A stretch of DNA of 64,000 nt from Candidatus Hydrogenedentota bacterium (GCA_963668025.2 CAXXTH010000017.1:768001-832000), one strand, 5' to 3'; shown: positions 30,419-41,197, numbered from the stretch's first letter. Translations and numbers: made by a program. Notes: generated by a model from the sequence alone, not told the origin.

Positions 30419-31752
30419 GGACGTTCACCCACTTCTTTGGCCCGGTGCGCAAGCGCTTTGCGGGCTTGCCCGATCCCCGCAAACCCGAGCAAGCCGGCGA
30501 CGTGGACTACAGTGTCGCGTCGCTGGTGTTCTTGGGAGTGCTGATGTTCGCATGCCGGCTCGGGGCGCGCCGGCAAGTCCGCCTGCAGTTGTACACGACG
30601 TTCATGGTCCATCTGTACAAGGTCTTGTTTGACGTGGACAGCGTGCCGCATGGCGATACGATGAACGGGGTATTTCGCGGTTTGCCGTTCGAGGCGGTCC
30701 AGGAACTCGTTTCCGGCATGACGCAGACGCTCATCGACAAGAAGGTGTTGTACCCCCACCGCCTGTTCGGGCGCTACTACGTGGCGGCCATCGACGCCAC
30801 GGGGACACGCAGTTATGATCATCGCCACTGCGCCCATTGCCTCACGCGCAAGCACAAGAGCGGCAAGATCACCTACTACCATCCCGTGCTGGAGTCCAAG
30901 ATCGTCACGCCAAACGGGTGGGTCTTTTCGCTCATGACGGAGTTCATTGAGAATCCAGAGAAAGACCTGGCGAAAAGCGAGCAACAACGCAAGCAGGATT
31001 GCGAGACCAAAGCCTTCTACCGGCTGGCCCCACGCCTGCATGCCCGATTCCCCCGCTTGCCGCTGCTGTTGGCGATGGACGGCCTGTACGCCACGGGACC
31101 GGTGTTTCGGCTGTGCCAGCAATATGGCTGGAAGTTCATGATTACGCTCACGGACGGCCAATTGGCCACCGTGAACGAAGAATTCGAGAGCCTCGCGGCC
31201 GCGACGCCCGAAAACCAGCTTACGTGGCGTTGCGGCAACAAGAAGGAAATCCACCAGCAGTTTCGCTGGGTCAACGACATCCCCTACCGCGATTCCGAGC
31301 GGCGTGAACACATCCTGTCCGTGCTCGAATGCGTGGACACCCGCCCGGACGCGGAAGGCATGATAAAGAAAACCAAGTTCAAATGGGTGACCAACGTATC
31401 CGTATCCGCGCACAATGCGGCCGCCTTGGCCAATGAAGGAGGACGCTTACGCTGGAAGATTGAAAATGAAGCATTCAACGTGCAGAAAAACGGCGGCTAC
31501 AACCTCGAACACGCCTATACCCAAAACGAACAGGCCAGTAAGATCTACTACCTCTTGATGCAGATAGCCCATCTGCTCATGCAACTCCTGGAGGATGGCA
31601 GCCTTCTGGCCGCCCACTTTCCAAAAGGCTTTGGCTCCGCCAGAAACCTTGCCCATCGCCTCCTCGAAGCCCTGCGCAACGCCACCCTGTCCCGCGAACA
31701 ATATGACGCCCTCTGCACCGAGGCCATCCAGATCCGCTTCAGTTCCGCATAG
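30316..31752 (+). CDS. DDE transposase (ISAs1-related/IS4 clan)
   Basis: LPDPR, PHGDT, AIDAT, KQDCETKA, MDGLY, RWKIENEAFNVQK..YNLEH. Confidence 0.9.
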   Translation: MEKAQEARRGHGRGPTAVPANPQEEHPEIIRAFLRTFTHFFGPVRKRFAGLPDPRKPEQAGDVDYSVASLVFLGVLMFACRLGARRQVRLQLYTTFMVHLYKVLFDVDSVPHGDTMNGVFRGLPFEAVQELVSGMTQTLIDKKVLYPHRLFGRYYVAAIDATGTRSYDHRHCAHCLTRKHKSGKITYYHPVLESKIVTPNGWVFSLMTEFIENPEKDLAKSEQQRKQDCETKAFYRLAPRLHARFPRLPLLLAMDGLYATGPVFRLCQQYGWKFMITLTDGQLATVNEEFESLAAATPENQLTWRCGNKKEIHQQFRWVNDIPYRDSERREHILSVLECVDTRPDAEGMIKKTKFKWVTNVSVSAHNAAALANEGGRLRWKIENEAFNVQKNGGYNLEHAYTQNEQASKIYYLLMQIAHLLMQLLEDGSLLAAHFPKGFGSARNLAHRLLEALRNATLSREQYDALCTEAIQIRFSSA

Positions 31753-32019
31753 GGCGCCCGCGCGTTCCCGGTTGCGCCGCCGCCCTACACGTCTCGCCCA
31801 TCCATTCACCGGCTTTACGCACAGCCGCTGCCCCTCCTGTCGCCTGTCGGCCTCGCCACCCCCCGTCTAACCCGCATCACCTCAACGCCTGACCCTGGGG
31901 CGCCGCTATTCTTCACCGCTGCCTCCCTACAAGGCGTTTTTACTCCCGCATGCTGATATGGTATGGTGCTAGGGGGAACACAAACGCGGCTGGCGTTCGC
32001 ATGGCCGTGGAGGGTAAGC

Positions 32020-32778
32020 GTGGTGCAGGAAGCAGAATGGTACTATGCCGCGGGCGGTGAAGCGAAGGGGCCGTATTCAGAAGAAGCCCTCGAACAATTC
32101 GCCCAGCAGGGTGTCATTAACCGGGATACCTTGGTCTGGACCACCCGCCTATCCGGGTGGCTGCCGTATGGCCGCATCAAGCCCGGCGCACTGGGGCAAG
32201 CAACCTGCGCGGTGTGCGGCGTGCAGCATCCGCACGAACAGATGCTCTCCCTGTTCGGGCATTCCATTTGCCCCGCCTGCAAACCCGCGTATGTGCAATG
32301 CCTGCGGGAAGGCATCGCGCCTCCCAACACGGTGCTGTATGGTGGCTTCTGGCCACGCCTGGGCGCGAAAGTTATCGACGGCGCACTCGTAGGATTCTTT
32401 ATCCTGGTGATCGCCAGTTGGATTGGCGTGATACTCCTTCCAGTCCTGGACAATGACGATTGGTTTCCCTTTCTCTTCAGCGGCATGCAGATGGGATTCA
32501 GCCTGGTTAGCACAGTGCTCGGGGCTGCCTATTATACATGGTTCGTGGGAAAGTTCGGCGCGACAGCAGGCAAAATGGCCTTCGGTCTGCGCGTCGTCAC
32601 GCAGGAGCTTGGCCGAGTCTCCTATCTTCGGGCGTTCGCGCGGTATTGGGCGGAGATGCTGAGCGGGATGATCCTATATATCGGCTACATCATGGCGGCC
32701 TTCGACAACCAGAAACGGGCGCTGCATGACCATATCTGCGGCACGCGCGTCGTCGTGGCGGGAAGGAGGCGGTCATGA
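32020..32778 (+). CDS. GYF_2 + zinc ribbon + RDD domain protein
   Basis: WYYA...GPY...TLVW...W; CAVC/CPAC; GFWPRLGAKVID...KRALHDHICGTRVV. Confidence 0.88.
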   Translation: MVQEAEWYYAAGGEAKGPYSEEALEQFAQQGVINRDTLVWTTRLSGWLPYGRIKPGALGQATCAVCGVQHPHEQMLSLFGHSICPACKPAYVQCLREGIAPPNTVLYGGFWPRLGAKVIDGALVGFFILVIASWIGVILLPVLDNDDWFPFLFSGMQMGFSLVSTVLGAAYYTWFVGKFGATAGKMAFGLRVVTQELGRVSYLRAFARYWAEMLSGMILYIGYIMAAFDNQKRALHDHICGTRVVVAGRRRS

Positions 32779-33374
32779 GCGATCATCTGCTGGTATGCGC
32801 CACCTGTAAGAAACACATCCCCATCGAGACTCTTGCGCTTTCCGAAATGACGGCCTGCCCCTTCTGTGGAGCCGCTTTCGCGGCCTATGTGTTTCCCGCC
32901 GCCATCGCCGCGCCGAAAGTGGATGCGCCAACGGCGGCCATCGACGGCGAGAGCACCTGCTTCTACCATGATACGCGCCCGGCGGAGCATGTGTGCGCCG
33001 CATGCGGACGGCTAATCTGCGGGCTGTGCGGCATCGAACTTGGGAATCGCCAGATGTGCCCGAAATGCTTCGAGCAGGGCCTTACCGAACAAAAGGACCT
33101 CAGCCTGGCCGGAAGCCGCATCCGGTACGACAGCATAGCTTTCACGCTGGCCATAATAAGCCCGCTTTTTTTGTTTTTTTGTTTTCCCACTATTGTGGCA
33201 TCGACGGTGGCGTCCATCGTGCTGGCGATCCTGCATTTCAAAAAGACGCCGAACCGGACTCGCTCATCGAATGTCCAAGCCATCGCGGCTATCATCATCG
33301 CCTCACTCGAGCTGGCGGGTGTGGCGGTGGCAATGCTTTATTTTGGATATGCGGCCATTTCCGAAATGATATAG
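32775..33374 (+). CDS. B-box-like zinc finger membrane protein
   Basis: CFYH...CAACGRLICGLC...CPKC plus two TM helices. Confidence 0.7.
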   Translation: MSDHLLVCATCKKHIPIETLALSEMTACPFCGAAFAAYVFPAAIAAPKVDAPTAAIDGESTCFYHDTRPAEHVCAACGRLICGLCGIELGNRQMCPKCFEQGLTEQKDLSLAGSRIRYDSIAFTLAIISPLFLFFCFPTIVASTVASIVLAILHFKKTPNRTRSSNVQAIAAIIIASLELAGVAVAMLYFGYAAISEMI

Positions 33375-33378
33375 GAGG

Positions 33379-34464
33379 ATGCATACGTTGAACGCCATGG
33401 GCGGTATCTATCAGGCGCTTCCATATAAAGCATCAGGCGCCTCCTTTTTATCTAGGATAACCTACCAATTGATGCTGGCGGATAATCATCTGATGGAAGT
33501 GAGCCGGGGCAGCTATCAAGAGAGTTATAAGCGCTTCTACTTCAAAGACATCCAGGCGCTATCCATCTCTCAAACGCACCGGTTTTATAACCATCTTTTG
33601 ATGGCGGGCATTCTGCTTACTCTACTCATTCCGGCCGTTATCTTTTTTATAGCAAGTGGTTCTTTCGGTCTCATGCATGATTGGATTATCCTGGCGATCT
33701 TTTGCTTGCTTGTTGCCGCGCCATTCGCTATCGCTATTATCACCAGCGTTCTGAAAGGCCCCACATGCGTGATGCGAATCCGCACTGCCACACAATTCAC
33801 CGAGCTGCACGCGGTAAACCGGTTGCGCACGGCGCAATTGGTTGCCGAATTATTACGGGGCTACATCGAACAGGCCCAGAACACGGCACTTGATGAAACC
33901 GTTGCGCGGACGGCATTAGCCCAGATAGACGCCCCGCCCAAGCTGCGCCAAGCCATTCTGGACGACGAACCGGAGGGGCCGGTTCGCCAGGAAGCAGGCC
34001 GGTATCATGCCGCCGCGTTCACGTGTCTGGCCTTCAATGCCGCTTCGTGCATCGTCTCGTTCACGATCATTCATCCTGTATGGACCGCTATAGATAGCCT
34101 CCTGGTTTTGGCGGCAATGGTTTGTTTCCTCACGGCAGTCATTCGGCAGAGCGGCTGTTCCGTCCCCTCGGGTTTGCGTATGCTGGTGTGGGTGGGCTTG
34201 GGCTGGACATGCCTTTCCTATATGATAAACCTGGTATATGGCGTGGTGCTCTATACGATGGATCCCGAGTTGGCGCAGAATATTTGGCGAGGAGCCGTGA
34301 CGTCGCCAGACGTAATTCCAGGCAATTTATTGATCACCGCCATTTTTCTCGTCATTGATATACAGATTGCCATCGCTGGGCTGGCCATGACGTTTCAATA
34401 CCAGCGGAACTTGCGCGCGGCGGAACCGTCCGCGCCGCCAACGGACGAAGCGGGAGCGGAATAG
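33379..34464 (+). CDS. Hypothetical multi-TM membrane protein
   Basis: AGGAGG upstream; YKRFYFKDIQA; several hydrophobic helices. Confidence 0.7.
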   Translation: MHTLNAMGGIYQALPYKASGASFLSRITYQLMLADNHLMEVSRGSYQESYKRFYFKDIQALSISQTHRFYNHLLMAGILLTLLIPAVIFFIASGSFGLMHDWIILAIFCLLVAAPFAIAIITSVLKGPTCVMRIRTATQFTELHAVNRLRTAQLVAELLRGYIEQAQNTALDETVARTALAQIDAPPKLRQAILDDEPEGPVRQEAGRYHAAAFTCLAFNAASCIVSFTIIHPVWTAIDSLLVLAAMVCFLTAVIRQSGCSVPSGLRMLVWVGLGWTCLSYMINLVYGVVLYTMDPELAQNIWRGAVTSPDVIPGNLLITAIFLVIDIQIAIAGLAMTFQYQRNLRAAEPSAPPTDEAGAE

Positions 34465-34467
34465 CCC

Positions 34468-34878
34468 ATGTCCATCCTGGCCCGCCAGCGATGCTTCAAC
34501 CATGGCGAACGTGAGGCGGCGGTATGCTGCCCCGAATGCGGGCGGTTCTTCTGCCGCGAATGCGCCACGGAACATAGCGGGAAGATGCTATGTGCGCCTT
34601 GCATACGCAGACGGGCTGTGCGGAAGGAACAGCGCGGCTCGCGTTGGGCCGGTGGCGCGGCGCGGATGCTTCTGTCGGCGGCGGCCTTGTGTCTGGCATG
34701 GCTCTGCTTCTACTTGGTGGGCCATGGTTTGCTGTTGATCCCGAGCGAATTCCACAAAGGCGAGTTCTGGAGCACCGGATGGGAAGAAGAATACCACCCG
34801 TCCGATTCTGACCATACCGAGGAAGACCGTTCCCCGCCCGAGGCAAGCGACGCACCCAAGCCGGAGGCCGAATCATGA
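34468..34878 (+). CDS. B-box-like zinc finger single-TM protein
   Basis: CFNH.EREA...CPECGRFFCRECATEH...CAPC. Confidence 0.75.
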   Translation: MSILARQRCFNHGEREAAVCCPECGRFFCRECATEHSGKMLCAPCIRRRAVRKEQRGSRWAGGAARMLLSAAALCLAWLCFYLVGHGLLLIPSEFHKGEFWSTGWEEEYHPSDSDHTEEDRSPPEASDAPKPEAES

Positions 34879-36638
34879 AGCGGCGCGCCCCCGAGGTTTC
34901 CGCCATTGCCCTCCTGGACGAGGCCACGCACCTGTTGCGCGCGGCTTCCCCTACGGCTTGGGCGGCCTACGCCGTGGGCGCGCTTCCTTTTATACTCGGC
35001 CTGCTGTATTTCTGGGCCGACATGAGCCAATCGGCGGGTGCGGAACGCCGTTGCGCCGACGCCGCGTTCGGACTGGCGCTGCTGTTTGTATGGATGAAAG
35101 CCTGGCAGGCCGTGTTCATGCGTTCGCTGCGGGAAAAGCTTGGAGGTGGCTCCCGGCGCTGGACATGCGGGCGGGCGTGGCGCATGGCCATGAACCAAGC
35201 GCTTATCCAGCCCACCGGGCTGGTGGTTATTCCCTTGAGCGCGATGTCCGTACTGCCGCTGCCTTGGGTGTACGCGTTTTATCAAAATGTGAGCGCACTC
35301 GATGACGGTGAAGACGGCGCTTGGCGACTCATACACCGGGCGTGGACTGAAGCCTTGCGGCGTCCCGTACAAAACCTCGTGGCCTTATGGGTGGCAAGCC
35401 CGCTGCCACTGTTGTTGGGCGGAAGCGTTTTTCTGGCGTTCATCCCCATCGCCACCGCCGCCGCTCCATGGGAAGTGGTGGACCAAATCATTTGGTTTTA
35501 TGGCGTCTTGGCAGGCCTGGCGCTTGTGGTGTTGTCCCCTCTGGGCGTGCTCTTATGCATCAACATCACGGCGGCGGTATACGCTGCGCCCATGCTCCTG
35601 CGGAGCTTGCTCGGTGTCGAAAATCTCTTCAATCAATCCACGGGGGCCATGCTGAATACGACGCTCGGAGCGACAGTAGCCGCGCTGGTGTTTTTGATGA
35701 TGGACCCCGTCATCAAGTCGGTCTACGTGTTGCGCTGCTTTTACGGCGAATCGCGCCATACGGCGGAAGATCTGCGCGCGGAACTGCGGGCGCTGGCGCG
35801 CCGGGCGGTCCTCCTCGTGCTGGCGTGTGGTGCATTGTGGACCGCGACTCCCGTATACGCCCAAGAACCGCCCGCCGCCCCGCAAGCCGTACAATCCGTT
35901 GAATTGGAGCAATCCATCCAGCGCGTGCTCACCCAGCGCGAATACGCCTGGCGGCTGCCACGCGAAGCGGAATTGCCGGAAATACCGCAAACCGGCATGA
36001 TGGGCCGCTGGTTCGAACGCATGGTGGATTGGAGCCAAACCGTTCGGCAATGGGTAAACGGCACGATGGAGCGCTTGCGGAAATGGCTGGAGGCCCACGA
36101 AAAAACCGCCGTGACGGATGGACGGGAACGGCTCTCCTGGCGGGGATCCGTGGAAATACTCGCATATATCCTGCTTGCCGTGGCGTTGTCCATCATGGCG
36201 GTACTGGTGTTACGGGTGTGGGCGTCGGCGCGCGGTAAAACCGCATCCGCCACTGCCGCCGCTTCGCAAAGCATTGATATTGAGGACGAGGGGGTTAGCC
36301 CGGAAGCCTTGCCGGAAGACGGCTGGCTCGCCATGGCACAAGATTTCCTGGCCCGAGGAGACACCCGCCTGGCCATGCGCGCCCTATTCCTGGCCACGCT
36401 GGCCTGGCTGGCCGCCCATGGGCGCATCAATCCCGCACGGTATAAATCGAACCGCGATTATTTGCGTGAACTGAACCGGCGCGGCCACGCGGAACCGGCC
36501 ATCGCCACCGCCTTCCAGGAAGGCGTCACGCTCTTCGAGCCGATCTGGTATGGAAACGTCCTGGCGACGGAAACGCGGTATGGCCAGTTTCTCGCCTGCC
36601 ATCAGAGGATATGCGCCCATGAACAGCCTGTCCACTAA
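34875..36638 (+). CDS. DUF4129-domain membrane protein
   Basis: Multi-TM N-terminus; C-terminal GDTRLAMRALF...KSNRDY...FEPIWYG. Confidence 0.8.
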   Translation: MKRRAPEVSAIALLDEATHLLRAASPTAWAAYAVGALPFILGLLYFWADMSQSAGAERRCADAAFGLALLFVWMKAWQAVFMRSLREKLGGGSRRWTCGRAWRMAMNQALIQPTGLVVIPLSAMSVLPLPWVYAFYQNVSALDDGEDGAWRLIHRAWTEALRRPVQNLVALWVASPLPLLLGGSVFLAFIPIATAAAPWEVVDQIIWFYGVLAGLALVVLSPLGVLLCINITAAVYAAPMLLRSLLGVENLFNQSTGAMLNTTLGATVAALVFLMMDPVIKSVYVLRCFYGESRHTAEDLRAELRALARRAVLLVLACGALWTATPVYAQEPPAAPQAVQSVELEQSIQRVLTQREYAWRLPREAELPEIPQTGMMGRWFERMVDWSQTVRQWVNGTMERLRKWLEAHEKTAVTDGRERLSWRGSVEILAYILLAVALSIMAVLVLRVWASARGKTASATAAASQSIDIEDEGVSPEALPEDGWLAMAQDFLARGDTRLAMRALFLATLAWLAAHGRINPARYKSNRDYLRELNRRGHAEPAIATAFQEGVTLFEPIWYGNVLATETRYGQFLACHQRICAHEQPVH

Positions 36639-37896
36639 GTTCCTGGCGGCCTTAGGCGTCTTGGCGGCGGTCCTGTTCGCCTATGGCATCATCCAGCTTT
36701 TCCTGTTCCGGGCTGGCGTGGGCGATTCGCTCCCCCCCTATTCCAGTTATCGCGCCGATCCCGTGGGCGTGAAAGCCTTCTACGAAGGCTTGGCCTCCCT
36801 GCCCGGCATGGAAGTCCGCCGCAACCGGGACAAGCTGGCTAAGCTCGCCACACAGCCCGGCGAGACACTCTTGTTCGTGGGAACGCCTTATTACGGCGAC
36901 ATTGACGAAGTCGAAGAAGAGATCGTCGAGGCGCTCGAAGCCGCCGCGAATGCAGGCGCACGAGTCGTGCTGGCGTTCATCCCCGATCCGGAAGGCGGAT
37001 TCCGTGGTGCGTCCTCACTCGAAAAAGAGGAGGAAAATAAGCCGGAAGAGAAGAAAGAAGATAAACCGGCGGAGAAGAAAGAAGAAGATCCTTTCATGGC
37101 CCCACCCCCCACCGTTTCCCTGCGCGAACGCTGGGGCCTCACTTGTGCGTTCGCCCGCCTCGAACAGGACGACAAGGGCGAATACGCGCCCGCGACGGCC
37201 ACACTCGCCCAGAATTACACGGGCGCGGACTTACCGGAGTCCCTCTCGTGGCATGCCGCGCTGTATTTCACCGAACTAGCCGGGGAATGGCGGCCTGTTT
37301 ATGTACGCGGCGAATGGCCCGTCCTCATCGAGCGGCCTTTCGGTGCGGGAACGCTCGTGCTGTCGTCGGACTCCTATTTCATGAGCAACGAAGCCTTGCG
37401 CATCGAGCCCCAGCCGGCGCTTTTGGCGTGGGTGGTGGGGCCTGCCCGTGTGGTGCTCTTCGACGAATACCTCCATGGAATCCAGGCCAATCCGGGGATC
37501 ATGGCCCTTGCACGCCGCTACCGGCTGCATGGTCTCGGGCTGGGACTCCTGGTTCTCGGCGTGTTGTATATATGGCGCGCGATGTCGCCCCTCGTACCGC
37601 GCCGGACGGATCCAGCGCCCGAAGAGGCCGTGCCCCTCGAAGGACGCGATGCGGCGGCCGCCTTGCAAAACCTGCTGCGCCGCCATGTGCCCCGCCACGA
37701 ATTGCTTGGCACATGCCTTCACGAATGGCGGAGCGCCCAGCCGCGTATTTCGGCTGAGGAGGAGCGGCGATTCCAAGAAGCGGAAGCCATCGCCGCCGCC
37801 GAGGAAGCGAAGCCCGCAAAATCCAGAAACCGGGCCGAGGCATATAAGGCCATTTCGGCGTTGCTAGGCAAACAAGCCGGACGCGTAATACGTTAG
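36619..37896 (+). CDS. DUF4350-domain protein
   Basis: SSYRADPVG..AF, G.GTLVL, NEAL, FDEYLHG. Confidence 0.8.
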   Translation: MNSLSTKFLAALGVLAAVLFAYGIIQLFLFRAGVGDSLPPYSSYRADPVGVKAFYEGLASLPGMEVRRNRDKLAKLATQPGETLLFVGTPYYGDIDEVEEEIVEALEAAANAGARVVLAFIPDPEGGFRGASSLEKEEENKPEEKKEDKPAEKKEEDPFMAPPPTVSLRERWGLTCAFARLEQDDKGEYAPATATLAQNYTGADLPESLSWHAALYFTELAGEWRPVYVRGEWPVLIERPFGAGTLVLSSDSYFMSNEALRIEPQPALLAWVVGPARVVLFDEYLHGIQANPGIMALARRYRLHGLGLGLLVLGVLYIWRAMSPLVPRRTDPAPEEAVPLEGRDAAAALQNLLRRHVPRHELLGTCLHEWRSAQPRISAEEERRFQEAEAIAAAEEAKPAKSRNRAEAYKAISALLGKQAGRVIR

Positions 37897-37963
37897 CCGA
37901 CGGACGAAATGGCCGATTTTTTAGCCCTGTATTCGCGTCCATTCGCGGTTCAAAAAAAACAGC

Positions 37964-38770
37964 TCAACGGCCCTTTCGCGGTCCTTTGGGCCGGGGTGTT
38001 TGGGAGTTTGCGCCGCGTTTCTCCGCGCCGGGGCGGGCGGCTCGGGAATGAGATGGCAGTTTAACGGCTGGCTGCGCCGCATGGGCTTCCTTCTTCATGA
38101 TGAAGAGATAATTGAAACCGCGCAGGAAGAAATTCCCTCGAACGGCTTCCGTTTGATAATGGCGGCGTTTGAGGGTTTTGTTGTGGCGCACGACGGCGAT
38201 GATATCCACCGGCGTGAAGTAGCGGCAGAGCAGGTTAAATAAGGTGAATCCGATGGGACTCAACGGCTTGCCTTTTTTATACGAGTCACAGCAATACAGG
38301 GCCATATACCGGTTTTCCCGCAGGATGCGATTGATCTCCGTGATGACGCGCCCCATGGCCTCATAAAATTCCGGTTCCTGGCTATCCAACTTGCCGATGC
38401 AATCCGGGTCATCGCTGTATTCGATATGCGTCGAATAGGGCGGATCGACAAATACGAAATCGGCTTTTCCCGTCTCGAGGGGAAGCTTTCGGGCGTCGGC
38501 GCGGAAAATATCTGGCCGGTATGGGGCGATATCATAGCCGAGTGCCCGCCGGTTCAACTCACGCGCCACGTCAAGCGACGTGCCGCTGCCGCACATGGGA
38601 TCGACGATTAAGTCTTTTTCGCGCGTATAGCGCTGGAGCACATTCCAGATGATGTACGAGGGCGTCGCTCCCGCGTAATCCGGGTCGCCTTGCAACGTGT
38701 CGCCATAGTGCTGCGAAGGGTAATCCCATAACGTGGTCGATTGAATCTCGAGCGGAGGCTTTTTAAACAT
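37964..38770 (-). CDS. Orphan N6-A/N4-C (TRM11-like) methyltransferase
   Basis: SAM motif DPMCGSG and catalytic DPPY. Confidence 0.85.
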   Translation of the reverse strand: MFKKPPLEIQSTTLWDYPSQHYGDTLQGDPDYAGATPSYIIWNVLQRYTREKDLIVDPMCGSGTSLDVARELNRRALGYDIAPYRPDIFRADARKLPLETGKADFVFVDPPYSTHIEYSDDPDCIGKLDSQEPEFYEAMGRVITEINRILRENRYMALYCCDSYKKGKPLSPIGFTLFNLLCRYFTPVDIIAVVRHNKTLKRRHYQTEAVRGNFFLRGFNYLFIMKKEAHAAQPAVKLPSHSRAARPGAEKRGANSQTPRPKGPRKGR

Positions 38771-38864
38771 CTATGCACCTATTTTCCAGGGAATGTATGG
38801 GCCATAAAAAGCACAAGAGGCGGACGAGCGCCTCTTGTGTATCGTATGCTTCTTGCGGCTGTGA

Positions 38865-39734
38865 TTACAGCCGGTGCTTATACAAGACATAATACGAAGC
38901 GGTATTAAACTCCGCGCCATGCCGGTCAAAAAAGAGATAACCTGCCGTAAGCGACAACGTGCCATTTTCACTCACCGGAATATCGTAGCCGATACGCGGG
39001 CTTAGGTAGATAAGGTCATAATATTCCGCATGCTTGACCTTGGCGAAATCATTCAATACCGGCAGTTCCATGATCACTTGGCCAACGGTATAAATATGGA
39101 CATATCCGATACCGCCCTCTAAATATGGCTTGCCTGCACGGATGCGGTTCAAGAGCCAGCCATCGCCTTCCACATCATCAAAAGACGATTTTCCCCACGG
39201 ATAATAGTCCACGCCCGCAGAGATGAACTGCACTTTCCGGTGGAATTTTACATTTACGTCCAGGAGATTGGCGAGATAATCATTATATGTCCGCACCGTG
39301 CCCATAATGAATCCAACCGTCGAAAAGACCGACCATTTTTCATTCAGGCTGCGGCCAACGCCCAGATGAAGATCCCATAACATGAACTGGTCGCGCCAGT
39401 CCGAAAAGGTGGCCGGCTCTTCCCAATTAGGCAGCAGATTGCCATATAAACCATTGATATCCCGGTCGATTTCGTGTTTGCTTTCGCTGAGCCTAGGCCA
39501 TACATTGGCGACGCCCGCAATTAAGTACCAATACCGGTCCGTGCGCTGCTTCGGCGTCTCGTTTGGATCGGTGAGAGGCTTGAATTCGGGTTCTTTTGGA
39601 GTGTTGTCGGAATTCGCTTCCGTGCCTGCTTGCTTATCTGCCGCGCCCGGGCTTTGCTCGGTATTTTCTCCGGCCCAGCACACACCTGCTAGAAATAGTG
39701 TAAAAATGAAACACAATACCCGATGAACATGCAT
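38865..39734 (-). CDS. Probable outer-membrane beta-barrel protein
   Basis: Signal peptide; amphipathic strands (PYLEGGIGY, LSLTAGY); AGGAGG RBS. Confidence 0.6.
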   Translation of the reverse strand: MHVHRVLCFIFTLFLAGVCWAGENTEQSPGAADKQAGTEANSDNTPKEPEFKPLTDPNETPKQRTDRYWYLIAGVANVWPRLSESKHEIDRDINGLYGNLLPNWEEPATFSDWRDQFMLWDLHLGVGRSLNEKWSVFSTVGFIMGTVRTYNDYLANLLDVNVKFHRKVQFISAGVDYYPWGKSSFDDVEGDGWLLNRIRAGKPYLEGGIGYVHIYTVGQVIMELPVLNDFAKVKHAEYYDLIYLSPRIGYDIPVSENGTLSLTAGYLFFDRHGAEFNTASYYVLYKHRL

Positions 39735-40006
39735 GACGGTTTCCCTCCTGATGCATACAGCTTTGCCGGCGAACACTCCGGCATACGGTGAATTTTTGAA
39801 CTGGCTTCCCCCTGCAGGTCACCAGACAACCGTATGATAGCATAAGAGTCTGTTCGAGGCATCCCTTTTCTTCTTCATTCGGCCAGCTTTGTATTCCACA
39901 TTTTCCGCATTATAATGGCTTTAGCAATCCCATTAAGGCGGGCATGAACCATATGCGCGCGTTTTCGAACCGGCTCGCCACAGCTATCAATGTGTATGAA
40001 AGGATT

Positions 40007-41197
40007 ATGAATCACGCAAAACAGATGCTCTCGATAGGGTTTGGCATATTTACCCTATTAGCGCCGCCGTTTGCGTATTCGGATGAACCTATGCAAGAGC
40101 ATACTCGAGTTCCTGGCGTCATCATTGATTACATACCCGCCGCAACGCAGCAATATATTGGGTGCCCGAGCCTGGTGATCATGGAAGACGGCTCATATGC
40201 CGCTTCCCATTCGTTTTTCGGCCTCGGCTCCACGAACGACGTGTCTGTTGTCTTTTCGTCCCATGATAAGGGCGCCACATGGGAAAAACTCACGGAACTC
40301 AAGGGGCAATGGTGGTCCACCCTATTTTTATATCAAAATGGTTTATATATAATGGGCGTCGATAAAGAATATGGCCGGGCAGTGATCAGAAAGTCTCTGG
40401 ATGGAGGGAAATCGTGGACCAATCCCGTGGATGAAAAAAGCGGGCTTCTCATCTCCCAGGGGGAATATCATTGTGCGCCTGTTCCGGTAGTCGAATATGA
40501 AGGCCGAATATGGCGGGCCATGGAAGAACGGAATCCGCCAGAAGGATGGCCGGATAATTTAGTTTCTTTTGTCATGTCCGCACCTTTGGGCTCGGATTTG
40601 CTAGACGCTCGAAACTGGCGGGCAAGCAACCGCCTTCGATTTGATAAAGCAGTTTGGCCGGGAATCGGCTGGCTCGAAGGCAATATCGTGATTGCCCCGG
40701 ACGGTTCCATAAAGAACATATTGCGCGTGCATGGGGAGGCGGATGAAAAGGCCGCCGTGGCCGATGTGAGTCCTGATGGGGCCACTGTATCATTCGAGCC
40801 CGCCAGCGGATTTGTGGATTTTCCTGGGGGGAGTAAGAAGTTCACGATCCGGTGGGATTCCACGGCGAAAGCCTACTATACGCTATCAAATTACATCCCA
40901 GAGAATCATAAGGGAGGCCGGCCCGACACCATTCGGAATACGCTCGCCCTTGCCTCTTCGCCCAATCTGCGCGATTGGTCCGTGCGGTCCATAATCTTGT
41001 ATGTTCCCGATGTGCTAAAAAGCGGCTTTCAATATATCGACTGGCAAGTCGAGGGAAAAAATATCATCTTTGTGTCCCGAACCGCTTACGATGATGGCGT
41101 GGGGGGCGCCCACAATTTTCATGACGCCAACTATTTCACTTTCCACCGAATTCCTGATTTCAGAAATCGGACGCTGCAAGATCCGATGTTGGAATGA
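40007..41197 (+). CDS. Sialidase/BNR-repeat family protein
   Basis: Asp-boxes SHDKGATW and SLDGGKSW; signal peptide. Confidence 0.85.
   Translation: MNHAKQMLSIGFGIFTLLAPPFAYSDEPMQEHTRVPGVIIDYIPAATQQYIGCPSLVIMEDGSYAASHSFFGLGSTNDVSVVFSSHDKGATWEKLTELKGQWWSTLFLYQNGLYIMGVDKEYGRAVIRKSLDGGKSWTNPVDEKSGLLISQGEYHCAPVPVVEYEGRIWRAMEERNPPEGWPDNLVSFVMSAPLGSDLLDARNWRASNRLRFDKAVWPGIGWLEGNIVIAPDGSIKNILRVHGEADEKAAVADVSPDGATVSFEPASGFVDFPGGSKKFTIRWDSTAKAYYTLSNYIPENHKGGRPDTIRNTLALASSPNLRDWSVRSIILYVPDVLKSGFQYIDWQVEGKNIIFVSRTAYDDGVGGAHNFHDANYFTFHRIPDFRNRTLQDPMLE

Larger units (their letters stand above)
29935..31921. mobile_element. Complete two-ORF IS (1987 bp), ISAs1/IS4-clan-like DDE
   Basis: 13-bp perfect IR CAGCGGTGAAGAA (29935-29947 / 31909-31921); 9-bp TSD CCTCCCTAC (29926-29934 / 31922-31930). 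Confidence 0.93.
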
